DNA of 31,063 bases from an uncultured archaeon (GTDB lineage Archaea > Iainarchaeota > Iainarchaeia > Iainarchaeales > Iainarchaeaceae): assembly GCA_964577555.1 (NCBI GenBank), contig CAZNZM010000011.1, forward strand, positions 1-31,063, written 5' to 3'. The position numbers were made by a program, and so were the translations under genes. The notes below the pieces were generated by a model that was not told the origin of the DNA, did not search any database, and was given only the letters and a program-made list of their open reading frames with translations. Shown here in pieces: positions 1 through 8,887 of this stretch. Every line of letters begins with the position of its first letter. Position 1 is the stretch's first letter.

Positions 1-1599
1 GCAACAACAACCACAACCACAACAATAACAATAAACCCACCAAACCAAAACCCAAAAATATCTTTGGCTTATCCTATTTCGGATTTTAAACAAAGTGCGC
101 CTCTTTCTTTTATTGCAAATGTCAATGCATCTGATCCTGATGGAACCATAAGCAAAGTTGAGTTTTATTTGAATGGTTCAAAAGTGGGAGAAGATACTGT
201 TGCTTCTGATGGTTGGAAATTCAACTTTTCAAACCTTAAAAGAGGTGCTTATAAGTTTTATGCAAAAGCGATTGACAATAAAGGCGCTTCTTCGGTTTCG
301 CCTACCATAAATATTTTAGTTTTGAGGCAGGAGATTTTAGAAGCAAAGGATTTAATCTTTAATTCAGAAGAGGAAAAATTAATAGTAAAAGACAAAGAAA
401 GTGGAATTGAAATGGTTACTTTGAATGGTATTTCGGCTTCGGATGCAAGGTTGAGTGGTTTCAAGTTGAGAAGAAGTAATGAAGAAAGTTCAAAAGAGTT
501 TTATTTGATTGCGCCATTGCAAGGTGAAGTGACAAAAACTATAAAGCTTCCTAAAAAAATGGCTTCTTCAAACGCAGTTTGTGTTTATGATAATGATGTT
601 TCAGAGATGATTGATGAAAGTGAAAAATTGATTTTTGAAGAATTCATGAACAGATGTACTAAAATAATTTGCCCCAGCGTTGGCTCTATTTCATGTTCAG
701 TTTCAAGTGATAATAATTTTATAGTAAGCGGTTTGAGGCATTCTTTTATTATAGAAGATGAAGTAGCAAGAACTTGTAATAATAATGGAGTCCAAGATGA
801 TGGCGAAACGGGAATTGATTGTGGCAATGATGTTTGTCCAGCTTGTGCTCCTTTGCCTTCATGCAATGATGGTGTTCAAAACCAAGGCGAAACAGGTGTT
901 GATTGTGGTGGTCCTTGCCAAGCTTGTCCTTCGCCTCCTTCACCAAGTTCTGGCGGAGGAAGTAGCGGAGGCGGTGGAGGTTCTGGGTCTTCTGGTGGTT
1001 CAAGTGGTAGGTCTTCTGGTGGCGGAGCAGCTGTTGGTGAAAGTAAAGTAGTTGTAAGAGATTTTAATGTTAGTCCTTTGGAGGTTTCTGTTCCTGTGGA
1101 TTTTATTTTAAGTATTTATCATAATTTGAATGGCTCAAGAGTATTTTTAGTGGATGTAAATGTATTTGATTCTTATAATACTTCGGTTAATTTGTTTAGC
1201 GGTAGTTTCTATACTCAATTGATTAGAAGCGGATTGGCTTCAAAAGTAACGTTTTCGCAGGTTTGGACTCCGTTAAAAGCGGGTGATTATAATGTTTCTG
1301 TTGATGTTTGGAACAGTTCTAAATCGGTGAAATATTCTAGTTTCAAAAATAAATTCAGTGTTGTTGAAAAAGAAAAAAGGGAAATTAGCTTGCCGCCTGT
1401 GGATGTCAATAAAGATAAAGGTGATTCAGCAGACAGGTCTTCAAAAGGTGAAGTTGAATCTAAAAAGCCGGTGCCAGAACCGGAAGTGAAAAGCAAAGAT
1501 AGCGGGTTTTTCATTGATATGAATTTGTTGTTGATTGCTATAGTTGTAGTTGTTTTGTTGGGTTTGGTATTAGTGGTTTTTTATGTGTTGAAAAAATAG
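1..1599 (+). CDS. Secreted/cell-surface protein, 5' end outside the window (Thr-rich linker, Ig-like domain, two Cys-rich modules, Gly/Ser linker, C-terminal TM anchor)
   Basis: Frame 1 is open from nt 1 (ATTTTTTTITINPPNQNPKISLAYP...), so the TTG at 64 in the ORF track is probably internal. Ig-like signature DPDGTISKVEFYLNGSKVG...AKAIDNKGASS. Two modules: CNNNGVQDDGETGIDCGNDVCPAC and CNDGVQNQGETGVDCGGPCQAC. Linker SSGGGSSGGGGGSGSSGGSSGRSSGGG. Lys/Glu-rich stalk followed by the hydrophobic tail LLLIAIVVVVLLGLVLVVFYVLKK. Confidence 0.75.
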   Translation, partial: ATTTTTTTITINPPNQNPKISLAYPISDFKQSAPLSFIANVNASDPDGTISKVEFYLNGSKVGEDTVASDGWKFNFSNLKRGAYKFYAKAIDNKGASSVSPTINILVLRQEILEAKDLIFNSEEEKLIVKDKESGIEMVTLNGISASDARLSGFKLRRSNEESSKEFYLIAPLQGEVTKTIKLPKKMASSNAVCVYDNDVSEMIDESEKLIFEEFMNRCTKIICPSVGSISCSVSSDNNFIVSGLRHSFIIEDEVARTCNNNGVQDDGETGIDCGNDVCPACAPLPSCNDGVQNQGETGVDCGGPCQACPSPPSPSSGGGSSGGGGGSGSSGGSSGRSSGGGAAVGESKVVVRDFNVSPLEVSVPVDFILSIYHNLNGSRVFLVDVNVFDSYNTSVNLFSGSFYTQLIRSGLASKVTFSQVWTPLKAGDYNVSVDVWNSSKSVKYSSFKNKFSVVEKEKREISLPPVDVNKDKGDSADRSSKGEVESKKPVPEPEVKSKDSGFFIDMNLLLIAIVVVVLLGLVLVVFYVLKK

Positions 1600-1644
1600 G
1601 TTTTTTGCCTAATGTTTTGTTTTAAGTTTGTTCTTGTGTAATCC

Positions 1645-1652
1645 TTTAAATT
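1645..1652 (+). promoter_or_regulatory. TATA-like box (TTTAAATT) 23 nt upstream of the alaS ATG
   Basis: The 8-mer tttaaatt lies at 1645-1652, followed by exactly 23 nt before the ATG at 1676. The same spacing recurs at several other genes in the window. Confidence 0.5.
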
Positions 1653-1675
1653 TGTTTTCTGGTGTTTTTTATTTT

Positions 1676-4186
1676 ATGTTTTCTGACAAGGAAATAAAAG
1701 CAAAGTATAAAGAAAAGGCTAGCTTGGAACCTGAAAAAAATTATCCTGTCCGCAAACTTAAAGAGCATGGTTTTTTTAGGCTAAAGTGTCAAAATTGTGG
1801 CAAGTTTTTTTGGAGCTTGGATTTTGATAGAAAGTTTTGCGGCGATTCTGCTTGTGTTGGGGGTTATTCCTTTATTGGCAATCCGCCTTCAAAAAAGAGT
1901 TTTGACTATTTGGAAACATGGAGTGCCTTCAAAGGCTATTTTAAAAGGTTGGGTTATTTTGAGTATAAGCGTTATCCTGTTGTTGCACGTTGGCGTCCTG
2001 ATGTTTATTGGGTTGCGGCTTCTATTTATCCTTTTCAACCTTATGTTGTTAAGGGCGAGATAAAGCCTAAGAGCAATGCTGTTATTATTCCACAACTTTC
2101 TTTGCGTTTTAATGATATTGACAATGTTGGCATTACTGGTTCACATTATGTTTGTTTTGACATGCTTGGGCAATTGCGTTTTGAAAAAGCGGTTGATTAT
2201 GATATTGAAGAGTATTGGGAACAGTACTTTGGTTGGATTGTTGATGGAATGTGTATTCCGGAGAATGAATTGGTTATTCATGAGGACGCTTGGGCTGGCG
2301 GTGGAACTTTTGGGCCTTGCATGGAGTTTTTTTCAAGAGGCATGGAAATAGGTAATCAAGTTTATATGCAATATGAACAAACAGAAAGCGGTTCTAAGGA
2401 ATTGAATATCAAGGTTTTGGATATGGGGCAAGGGCATGAGCGCGTGCCTTGGCTTACTAGTGGCAAATCTAATTCTTATGAAACCACTTTTCCAAGTGTT
2501 GCAAAAAAATTGTATAATATTACAGGCTATAAGCCTGATGATTATTTGATGCAAAGGTTTTTGCCTTATTCAGCGCTTTTGAATGTTGATGAAGCTGAGA
2601 ATATTGAAAAGGTTTGGATTAGGATTGCAAGTGATTTGAAAATTGATGTTAAGGAGTTGAAGGAAAAAATTCTTGCTTTGGCTGCTTTGTATAGTGTTGG
2701 CGAACATTCGCGTGCAGCTTTGGTTGCTTTGAATGATAATGCTTTGCCTTCTAATGTTGGCGGCGGTTATAATCTTCGTATAATTTTGCGTAGGGCGTTA
2801 GGTTTTATTGATGATTATGGCTGGAAAATCGAGTTATGCGATTTGGCTGAAGAGCATGCCAAATTTTTGAAGCCTATGTACCCTGAATTGTCTGAAAAGC
2901 TTGAGAATGTTTCGTTGATTTTGGAGAATGAGAAAAAAAAATTTTTTGAAGCAAGGAAAAGAGCTAGGCAAATAATTGAAACTGAGTTGAAGGCCAAACC
3001 AGATGTTGATTTGCTTGTCTATTTGTATGATAGTCATGGCATTAGGCCTGAAGAAGTAAGAAAGGTAGCTGCTGAAAAGGGGATAAGTGTTGTAGTTCCT
3101 GAAAACTTTTATGCTAAAGTTTCAGAGATTCATGAAAAAAAAGTTCAGGCTACTGAAACTAAAAAGCCTTTTTTCTTGGACGTTTCAAATGTGCCTGAAA
3201 CAAAAATTTTGTATTATGGCGATTGGAAGTTTTTGGAGTTTGATGCAAAGGTCGTGTTTAGCCACGAAAATTTGATTGCTTTGGACCAAACTGCTTTTTA
3301 TCCTACTTCTGGAGGTCAATTGCATGATGTTGGAGAAATAAGCGGTGTTAAGGTTTTGGATGTTTTCAAACATGGTTCAGTTATTTTGCACAAGGTTGAT
3401 TTAAATAAATTTAAGGTAGGTGATGCAGTGCATGGGGTAGTTGATTTTGAACGAAGAAAACAGTTAATGCAGCATCATACTTCTGCTCATTTGGTTAATC
3501 TTTGTGCTGCTGAAGTTCTGGGGTCGCATGTTTGGCAGGCTGGAGCCGCAAAGACTTTGGAAAAAGGCAGACTTGATATAACTCATTATGAACAAATTTC
3601 TTCTGAACAATTGAAGGCAATTGAAAAATGTTGTAATGACAAGATTATAGCTGGCTTGGTTGTTAAAAAGGAGATTTTGCCAAGGGAAGAGGCTGAGGAA
3701 AAGTATGGCATGCATATTTATCAAGGCGGTTTTGTGCCTGGCAGAAATTTAAGGATTGTTACAATTGGTTCTGATGTTGAAGCTTGTGGCGGTACTCATG
3801 CAAATAATCTTTCTGAATTGGAATGTTTAAAGATTTTGAATTCTGTTAAGGTTCAAGATGGAGTGATAAGAATTAATTATGTTTCTGGCGATGCTGCGAA
3901 AAAGGAAAAAACGAATTCTGCGGAGCTTCTCAAGCAAATTTCTGGTTTGTTTGGTGTAAAGCCTTCTCAGGTTCCTGCAAGGGCTGAAGAGCTTTTTATG
4001 AAGTGGAAAGCCGCCAAGAAAGCTCGGGCTAAAGGTGAAAAACCTGATGTAATTTTAAGAAGCTTGGAGGAGTTTAATGGTTCTGATGAGGAAATTCTTG
4101 CAAAAGCCGCAAAAACTTTTTCTACTTTGCCTGAACACTTGCCGCGTACTTTGAAAAGGTTTTTGGAAGAACTTGAAAATGGTTGA
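1676..4186 (+). CDS. alaS: Alanyl-tRNA synthetase, archaeal type
   Basis: N-terminal CQNCGKFFWS...FCGDSACVGGYSFIG element typical of archaeal AlaRS. Class II core. Editing-domain motifs HHTSAH and CGGTHA. The ATG at 1676 (MFSDKEIK...) is preferred over the TTG at 1628 because of the TATA spacing. The tail after CGGTH is only about 128 aa. Confidence 0.93.
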   Translation: MFSDKEIKAKYKEKASLEPEKNYPVRKLKEHGFFRLKCQNCGKFFWSLDFDRKFCGDSACVGGYSFIGNPPSKKSFDYLETWSAFKGYFKRLGYFEYKRYPVVARWRPDVYWVAASIYPFQPYVVKGEIKPKSNAVIIPQLSLRFNDIDNVGITGSHYVCFDMLGQLRFEKAVDYDIEEYWEQYFGWIVDGMCIPENELVIHEDAWAGGGTFGPCMEFFSRGMEIGNQVYMQYEQTESGSKELNIKVLDMGQGHERVPWLTSGKSNSYETTFPSVAKKLYNITGYKPDDYLMQRFLPYSALLNVDEAENIEKVWIRIASDLKIDVKELKEKILALAALYSVGEHSRAALVALNDNALPSNVGGGYNLRIILRRALGFIDDYGWKIELCDLAEEHAKFLKPMYPELSEKLENVSLILENEKKKFFEARKRARQIIETELKAKPDVDLLVYLYDSHGIRPEEVRKVAAEKGISVVVPENFYAKVSEIHEKKVQATETKKPFFLDVSNVPETKILYYGDWKFLEFDAKVVFSHENLIALDQTAFYPTSGGQLHDVGEISGVKVLDVFKHGSVILHKVDLNKFKVGDAVHGVVDFERRKQLMQHHTSAHLVNLCAAEVLGSHVWQAGAAKTLEKGRLDITHYEQISSEQLKAIEKCCNDKIIAGLVVKKEILPREEAEEKYGMHIYQGGFVPGRNLRIVTIGSDVEACGGTHANNLSELECLKILNSVKVQDGVIRINYVSGDAAKKEKTNSAELLKQISGLFGVKPSQVPARAEELFMKWKAAKKARAKGEKPDVILRSLEEFNGSDEEILAKAAKTFSTLPEHLPRTLKRFLEELENG

Positions 4187-4187
4187 A

Positions 4188-4209
4188 TTTTTTGTTTGTG
4201 CTTTTTTTT
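4188..4209 (+). terminator. Oligo-T tracts downstream of alaS (archaeal-type terminator candidate)
   Basis: A T6 run at 4188-4193 and a T8 run at 4202-4209 lie immediately after the TGA stop at 4184-4186. Confidence 0.45.
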
Positions 4210-4220
4210 GATTAAATAGA

Positions 4221-4228
4221 TTTTAAAA
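4221..4228 (+). promoter_or_regulatory. TATA-like box (TTTTAAAA) 23 nt upstream of the leuS ATG
   Basis: ttttaaaa lies at 4221-4228, followed by 23 nt before the ATG at 4252. Confidence 0.5.
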
Positions 4229-4251
4229 TTCTTTTAATAAACTATTTTTCC

Positions 4252-7095
4252 ATGGCAATTGATTTTTCATTAATAGAGCGTAAATGGATAGATCGGTGGG
4301 ACAAGGAAAAAGTTTTTGAAGCAAATCCAGATTCAAGGCCTAAATTTTTCGTGAATTTTCCTTATCCTTATATGAATTCTTTGATGCATATTGGGCATTT
4401 CTATACTCTTATGAGAGTTGAAGCCATGGCGAGATATAAGCGTATGCGTGGCTATAATGTTTTGTTTCCTCAGGCATGGCATTGTACTGGCAGCCCTATT
4501 GAAAATGCGGCACAGCGAATAAGAGAAAACGAGCCAAAGCAAATTGAAATTATGAGGCAACTCGGTTTTGATGATGCCCTTATCAAAGAATTTGCCGATC
4601 CAAAAAAATGGGTAGAGTATTTTCCAAAGGAAGCTGAAAAGGACCTTAAGGCTTTGGGTATGAGTATTGACTGGCGAAGAAGTTTTATCACCACTTCTTT
4701 GAATCCTTATTATGACAAGTTCATAAAATGGCAGTTCAACAAGTTGAAAGAGAAAGGTTATGTGGTTACTGGCAAGCATCCTGTTGTTTGGTGCATCAAG
4801 GACAATTCGCCTGTGCCTGATCATTCCAGAATTGAAGGGGAAGGCGAGACTCCGCAGGATTTCATGTGGATTAAATTCAGGGTAAAAAATAGCGATTGGA
4901 TAATAATGGCTGGTACTACTAGGCCTGATGCGCTTTATGGACAATCCAATTTGTGGGTTGATCCTGTTGGAGAATATTGTTTGGTTGAAGTTGGCGGAGA
5001 AAAGTGGGTGGTTGGTAAAAAGGTTTTGAGCAAAATTGAGCATCAATACATGGAATTCAAATTCATTCGTGATGTTAAACCAGAAGAATTGATTGGAAAA
5101 TGGGTTAAGGGTCCTTTGGTGGATTGTGAATTGGTGGTTTTGCCTGCTGGTTTTATTGATTCTTCTGTTGGTTCCGGGATTGTTTATTCTGCACTTGAAG
5201 ACCCTGTTGATCTTTTTGAATTGAAAGCAATTCAAAGTTCAGATGAGTTGTTGTCAAAATACAAGCTTGACAAAGATTATGTGAAAAAGTTGAAGCCTAT
5301 TGATATAATCAGTGTTCCTGGAATGGGTTCTAATTTGGGGGAACAAATTAGTAAGGAGTTTGGGGTAAAGTCTTCGGCTGACAGAGGTTTATTAGAAGAG
5401 GCTAAGCGAGAATTGAATAGAAGGGTTTTCAGGAAGGGTGTCATGCTTGGAAACTGCGGCTTTTGTGCAGGGCTTTCCGTTCCAGAAGCCCAAGCCGTGC
5501 TTAAAAAATTTCTTGTCAAAAATAATGATGCTGTAATGTTTTACGAGCTTTCAGGCAAAGTTGTTTGCCGTTGCCTTAGTGAAGCAATTGTAAAAGTTGT
5601 GAGCGACCAGTGGTTCATAAAATATAGTGATGCTGATTGGAAGGCTGAAGCAAGGGAAGCCCTTCGAAACATAAAATTGTATCCTGAATCGGCAAGACAG
5701 CAATTTGAGTATGTCATAAATTGGTTGAATGATTGGCCTTGTACGAGAGAATTTGGACTTGGGACAAACTTGCCTTGGGATGAAAAGTGGGTTATTGAGA
5801 GTTTGAGCGATTCAACAATTTACATGGCATTTTATACCATTTCGCATAAATTGAAATCTATTCCGATTGACAAGTTGAATTATGCCTTTTTTGATTATGT
5901 TTTTTTAGGCAAGGAATCTGACAAATTGTTGGTTTCAAAAAATATTTGTGATGATATAAGGAGTGAATTTGAATATTGGTATCCAGTGGATTTCAGAAAT
6001 TCTGGCAAAGACCTTATTCAAAATCACTTGACTTTTTTTATTTTCAATCATGTGGCTATTTGGCGTGACAAGTCCAAGCATCCTAAAGGGATTGGAGTTA
6101 ATGGTTGGATAACAGTCAATGGGGAAAAAATGTCAAAATCAAAAGGCAATTTTATTTTGTTGCGCGATTTGCCTGTAAAGTATGGTTGTGACGCTTCGCG
6201 TTTTACTGTACTTTCAGGTGGTGAAGGAATTGACGATGCCAATTTTGAATTGTCTTTGGCTGAATCGATGAAATCCAAGCTTTCTGATTGGCTTGTTCAA
6301 ATAATTGAATTGAGAAAAAAATGTGTTGAAGAAGAAGGAAGGCAAATTGATGTTTGGTTTGAATCTGAAGTGAATGAAATTATTTCTGAAGTCACGGCTT
6401 GCATGGACGAAGCCATGTTCAAAACAGCTTTGAAGCTTTCGTTTTTTGAAATGCAAAGGGTGTTAAAGTGGTATTTGTACAGGTCTGCCGGCAAGCCAAA
6501 CAAAAGGCTTTTGAATTGGGCTTTGCGTTCTCAAGCATTGATGCTTGCTCCTGTTTGTCCTTTTATTGCTGAAGAAGCCTGGGAATTTTTGGGTGAAAAA
6601 GGTTTTATTTGCAAGGCTGGTTGGCCAAAACCTGATTTTTCAAAAATTTCCGCCAAAGCCAAGCAAAGTGAAGAACTTGTAAAAAATACTATAAATGATA
6701 TAAAGCAGATAAAGGAATTGACAGGAATTTCAAATCCTAAAAAGATAACTATTTATGTTGCGCCGCAATGGAAATGGAGAGCAATGAGAATAGTTGTAGA
6801 AGTTTGTGCAAAAAAGCCAGACTATGGTTCTTTAATTAAAGCATTAATGTCTGATTCTGAAATAAGGATAAAAGGCAAGCTTGTTGAAGCTTTTGCAAAA
6901 CAGGCTTTTAAAGTTGCAAAGGATTTTAATTTGGAACACTCAATTGACGAGTTTGAACTATTTTCTAGCAATAAGGATTTTTTTTCCACTGAATTTGGTT
7001 GCACTGTTGAAATTGTAACACCTAAAAAAGACGATTTAAGTTCAACCAAATCCGCAAAAGCATTTCCAGGCAAGCCAGCTATTTTTATTGAATGA
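4252..7095 (+). CDS. leuS: Leucyl-tRNA synthetase, archaeal/eukaryal type
   Basis: Class I motifs HIGH (NSLMHIGHFYT) and KMSKS (GEKMSKSKGN). PYPYMN...RYKRMRGYNVLFPQAWHCTGSPI resembles archaeal LeuRS. The 947-aa length fits the archaeal form. Confidence 0.93.
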   Translation: MAIDFSLIERKWIDRWDKEKVFEANPDSRPKFFVNFPYPYMNSLMHIGHFYTLMRVEAMARYKRMRGYNVLFPQAWHCTGSPIENAAQRIRENEPKQIEIMRQLGFDDALIKEFADPKKWVEYFPKEAEKDLKALGMSIDWRRSFITTSLNPYYDKFIKWQFNKLKEKGYVVTGKHPVVWCIKDNSPVPDHSRIEGEGETPQDFMWIKFRVKNSDWIIMAGTTRPDALYGQSNLWVDPVGEYCLVEVGGEKWVVGKKVLSKIEHQYMEFKFIRDVKPEELIGKWVKGPLVDCELVVLPAGFIDSSVGSGIVYSALEDPVDLFELKAIQSSDELLSKYKLDKDYVKKLKPIDIISVPGMGSNLGEQISKEFGVKSSADRGLLEEAKRELNRRVFRKGVMLGNCGFCAGLSVPEAQAVLKKFLVKNNDAVMFYELSGKVVCRCLSEAIVKVVSDQWFIKYSDADWKAEAREALRNIKLYPESARQQFEYVINWLNDWPCTREFGLGTNLPWDEKWVIESLSDSTIYMAFYTISHKLKSIPIDKLNYAFFDYVFLGKESDKLLVSKNICDDIRSEFEYWYPVDFRNSGKDLIQNHLTFFIFNHVAIWRDKSKHPKGIGVNGWITVNGEKMSKSKGNFILLRDLPVKYGCDASRFTVLSGGEGIDDANFELSLAESMKSKLSDWLVQIIELRKKCVEEEGRQIDVWFESEVNEIISEVTACMDEAMFKTALKLSFFEMQRVLKWYLYRSAGKPNKRLLNWALRSQALMLAPVCPFIAEEAWEFLGEKGFICKAGWPKPDFSKISAKAKQSEELVKNTINDIKQIKELTGISNPKKITIYVAPQWKWRAMRIVVEVCAKKPDYGSLIKALMSDSEIRIKGKLVEAFAKQAFKVAKDFNLEHSIDEFELFSSNKDFFSTEFGCTVEIVTPKKDDLSSTKSAKAFPGKPAIFIE

Positions 7096-7120
7096 ATTTT
7101 TCGGCAGCATGCAATACAAT

Positions 7121-8806
7121 TCAAGTCAAATAATGGACATTTACTTCTATTGTTTCTTTCATTGATTTTATTTGCTTTATTGCTCTTTCGAGATTTGTGC
7201 CTTTTTTTGTCTTAACTATGAATTCAGTATAGCCCGTCTTTCCATCTTCGTTGACTTTGGTTATTCCTGTTTCTATGTTAAAGCCGTTTTTATACATTAT
7301 CTTTGCTTGCTTCATTATCAACCCGGGCTTGTCGGTGCTGTCTATCCTTATTTTAGCAAGCCCTTCAGATTGTTTCGGAGATATGATTTTTTTAAGTGTT
7401 TTTTCTATGTCTCGCCTGACTTTTTCAGATGATGCCAAAGACAACCAGCTTATTTGGACTTCTGGTTTTGGCGAATAAATTATTTTTATTCTGTCTCCTG
7501 GATTTAGTTTTGTCCAAAGGGGAAGCATTTTGCCGTTAATATTGGCTTTTGATGCGTGCTCGGCTTTTTTTCCATAAGCAAAATATGCGAAATCTATTGC
7601 AGTTGATTGCTGCGGAATTTCAACTGTCTCGCCTTTTTCCGTAAATACAATCATTGACTTGTTGTCAAAATCTAAACTCAGGGTGTTTGCAACTTCCTTG
7701 ATGTCATTGAATTTTTCTTTTTTTACTTTTGAAAACATTTTTTTGAATTTTTTCATAAATTTTACTTCATCCTTGTTTTTTAGCAGGGCTATTACGCCGT
7801 CAACTCCCAACAAGTGCATTTTTTCTGATTGAATGTATATTTTTATAGGTTTTTTTGAAGGCCCGATTATTTGAGTATGTAAAGCTTGGTATATTGAGTA
7901 TTGTGGTATTGCAATCAAATCCTTGAATTTTCCTGGAATTGGTTTAAAGGTTTCATGTATTTTTCCTAAAGCATTGTAACAACTTTCCTTATCATCAACG
8001 ATAACCTGCATTATTGCTATATCGTTTATTTCTTCAAGCTCTTTGCCTTTGGCAACCATTTTGGAGTGAATGGAGTACAACGATTTGCGTGTAATGTCAA
8101 ATTCCCAATTCATTTTTGGAAACTCGTGTTTCAAAATTTTAATTGCGTTTTTTATTTCTTCACATTTTTCATTCAATAAAGGCTTGATTTTTGTTTTGAT
8201 TTTTTTATAATTTTTTGGCTCGAGTGTTTTGAAGCAAAGGTCTTCCATTTCATATTTTATTGAATGTATTCCCATTCTGTGGGCTATTGGGACATAAACT
8301 ATCAAAGCATCGGCCGCTATTCTTATTTGCTTTTCAGGTTTAAGGTATTCAATTGTTTTAAGGTTGTGCAACTTGTCAAAAAGCTTTATTACCAAAACTC
8401 TTATGTCTTTTGCAGATGCTATTATTGTTTTTATTATATTTGCTGTTGTGTGTTCTTTTCTTGAATTGAACGAGATTATGTCAAGTTTTGTCAATGATTT
8501 GACTAAAGAAAAAATCTCGTTTCCAAAAATGGTTTTGAGCTTTTTTTCATCAGTTTTGGTGTCTTCAAGGACATCATGAAGCAATGCAACCGAAACCATT
8601 ACTTCATCCAACCCTTTTTCAGCAACCATTTTTGCTACTTGAAAAAGGTGGGTAAAATAAGGGTCTCCAGAGGCCCTGTATTGTCCTTGGTGGGCTTTTT
8701 TTGAAAAATAGTAAGCTTCTTCCACAAGGCTCAATTTTGCGTTTGGATTGTGCTTGGCAACTATTGATTTAAGTTTATTCAAATCACGTTCTTCAATTTT
8801 TTTCAT
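7121..8806 (-). CDS. Long RSH (RelA/SpoT homolog): HD hydrolase, RelA/SpoT synthetase-like, TGS and ACT domains; compact 561-aa form
   Basis: HD hydrolase motifs RASGDPYFTHLFQVA, LLHDVLEDT, KLFDKLHNLKT. Synthetase-fold motifs TRKSLYSIHSKM, FKDLIAIPQYSIYQALHT, PIKIYIQSEKMH. TGS region MIVFTEKGETVEIP...NGKMLPLWTKLNPGDRIKII. C-terminal ACT-like region AKIRIDSTDKPGLIMKQAKIM... Confidence 0.85.
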   Translation of the reverse strand: MKKIEERDLNKLKSIVAKHNPNAKLSLVEEAYYFSKKAHQGQYRASGDPYFTHLFQVAKMVAEKGLDEVMVSVALLHDVLEDTKTDEKKLKTIFGNEIFSLVKSLTKLDIISFNSRKEHTTANIIKTIIASAKDIRVLVIKLFDKLHNLKTIEYLKPEKQIRIAADALIVYVPIAHRMGIHSIKYEMEDLCFKTLEPKNYKKIKTKIKPLLNEKCEEIKNAIKILKHEFPKMNWEFDITRKSLYSIHSKMVAKGKELEEINDIAIMQVIVDDKESCYNALGKIHETFKPIPGKFKDLIAIPQYSIYQALHTQIIGPSKKPIKIYIQSEKMHLLGVDGVIALLKNKDEVKFMKKFKKMFSKVKKEKFNDIKEVANTLSLDFDNKSMIVFTEKGETVEIPQQSTAIDFAYFAYGKKAEHASKANINGKMLPLWTKLNPGDRIKIIYSPKPEVQISWLSLASSEKVRRDIEKTLKKIISPKQSEGLAKIRIDSTDKPGLIMKQAKIMYKNGFNIETGITKVNEDGKTGYTEFIVKTKKGTNLERAIKQIKSMKETIEVNVHYLT

Positions 8807-8887
8807 AGAAATAAAATTATTCAGTAATCAATTTATTAACTTCTTTTATTTTTTATCATTGTGATCAAAATTTGTTTTCTCGTATAA

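Noticed and set aside
1628-1675. N-terminal extensions in the ORF track starting at TTG, GTG or an upstream ATG: 1628 alaS, 19688 ABC ATPase, 21163 pepA, 24050 zwf, 24747 pgl, 25345 hypothetical, 26216 gnd, 28849 nth.
   Set aside because: The extensions encode hydrophobic or low-complexity peptides absent from the families concerned. Some overlap upstream genes or tRNA flanks. Internal ATGs have TATA-like boxes at the recurrent 21-23 nt distance.
4333-5235. Long antisense or shadow ORFs inside well-supported genes. Examples: 300 aa at 4333-5235 opposite leuS, 184 aa at 21504-22058 opposite pepA, 154 aa at 16954-17418 opposite the permease, 133 aa at 26496-26897 opposite tal, and 127 aa at 29160-29543 opposite nth.
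   Set aside because: Each lies entirely within a gene whose product carries unmistakable family motifs. Their translations are low-complexity (Ser/Phe/Ile/Lys-rich) with no motifs. Long stop-free antisense frames are expected in AT-rich, codon-biased sequence.
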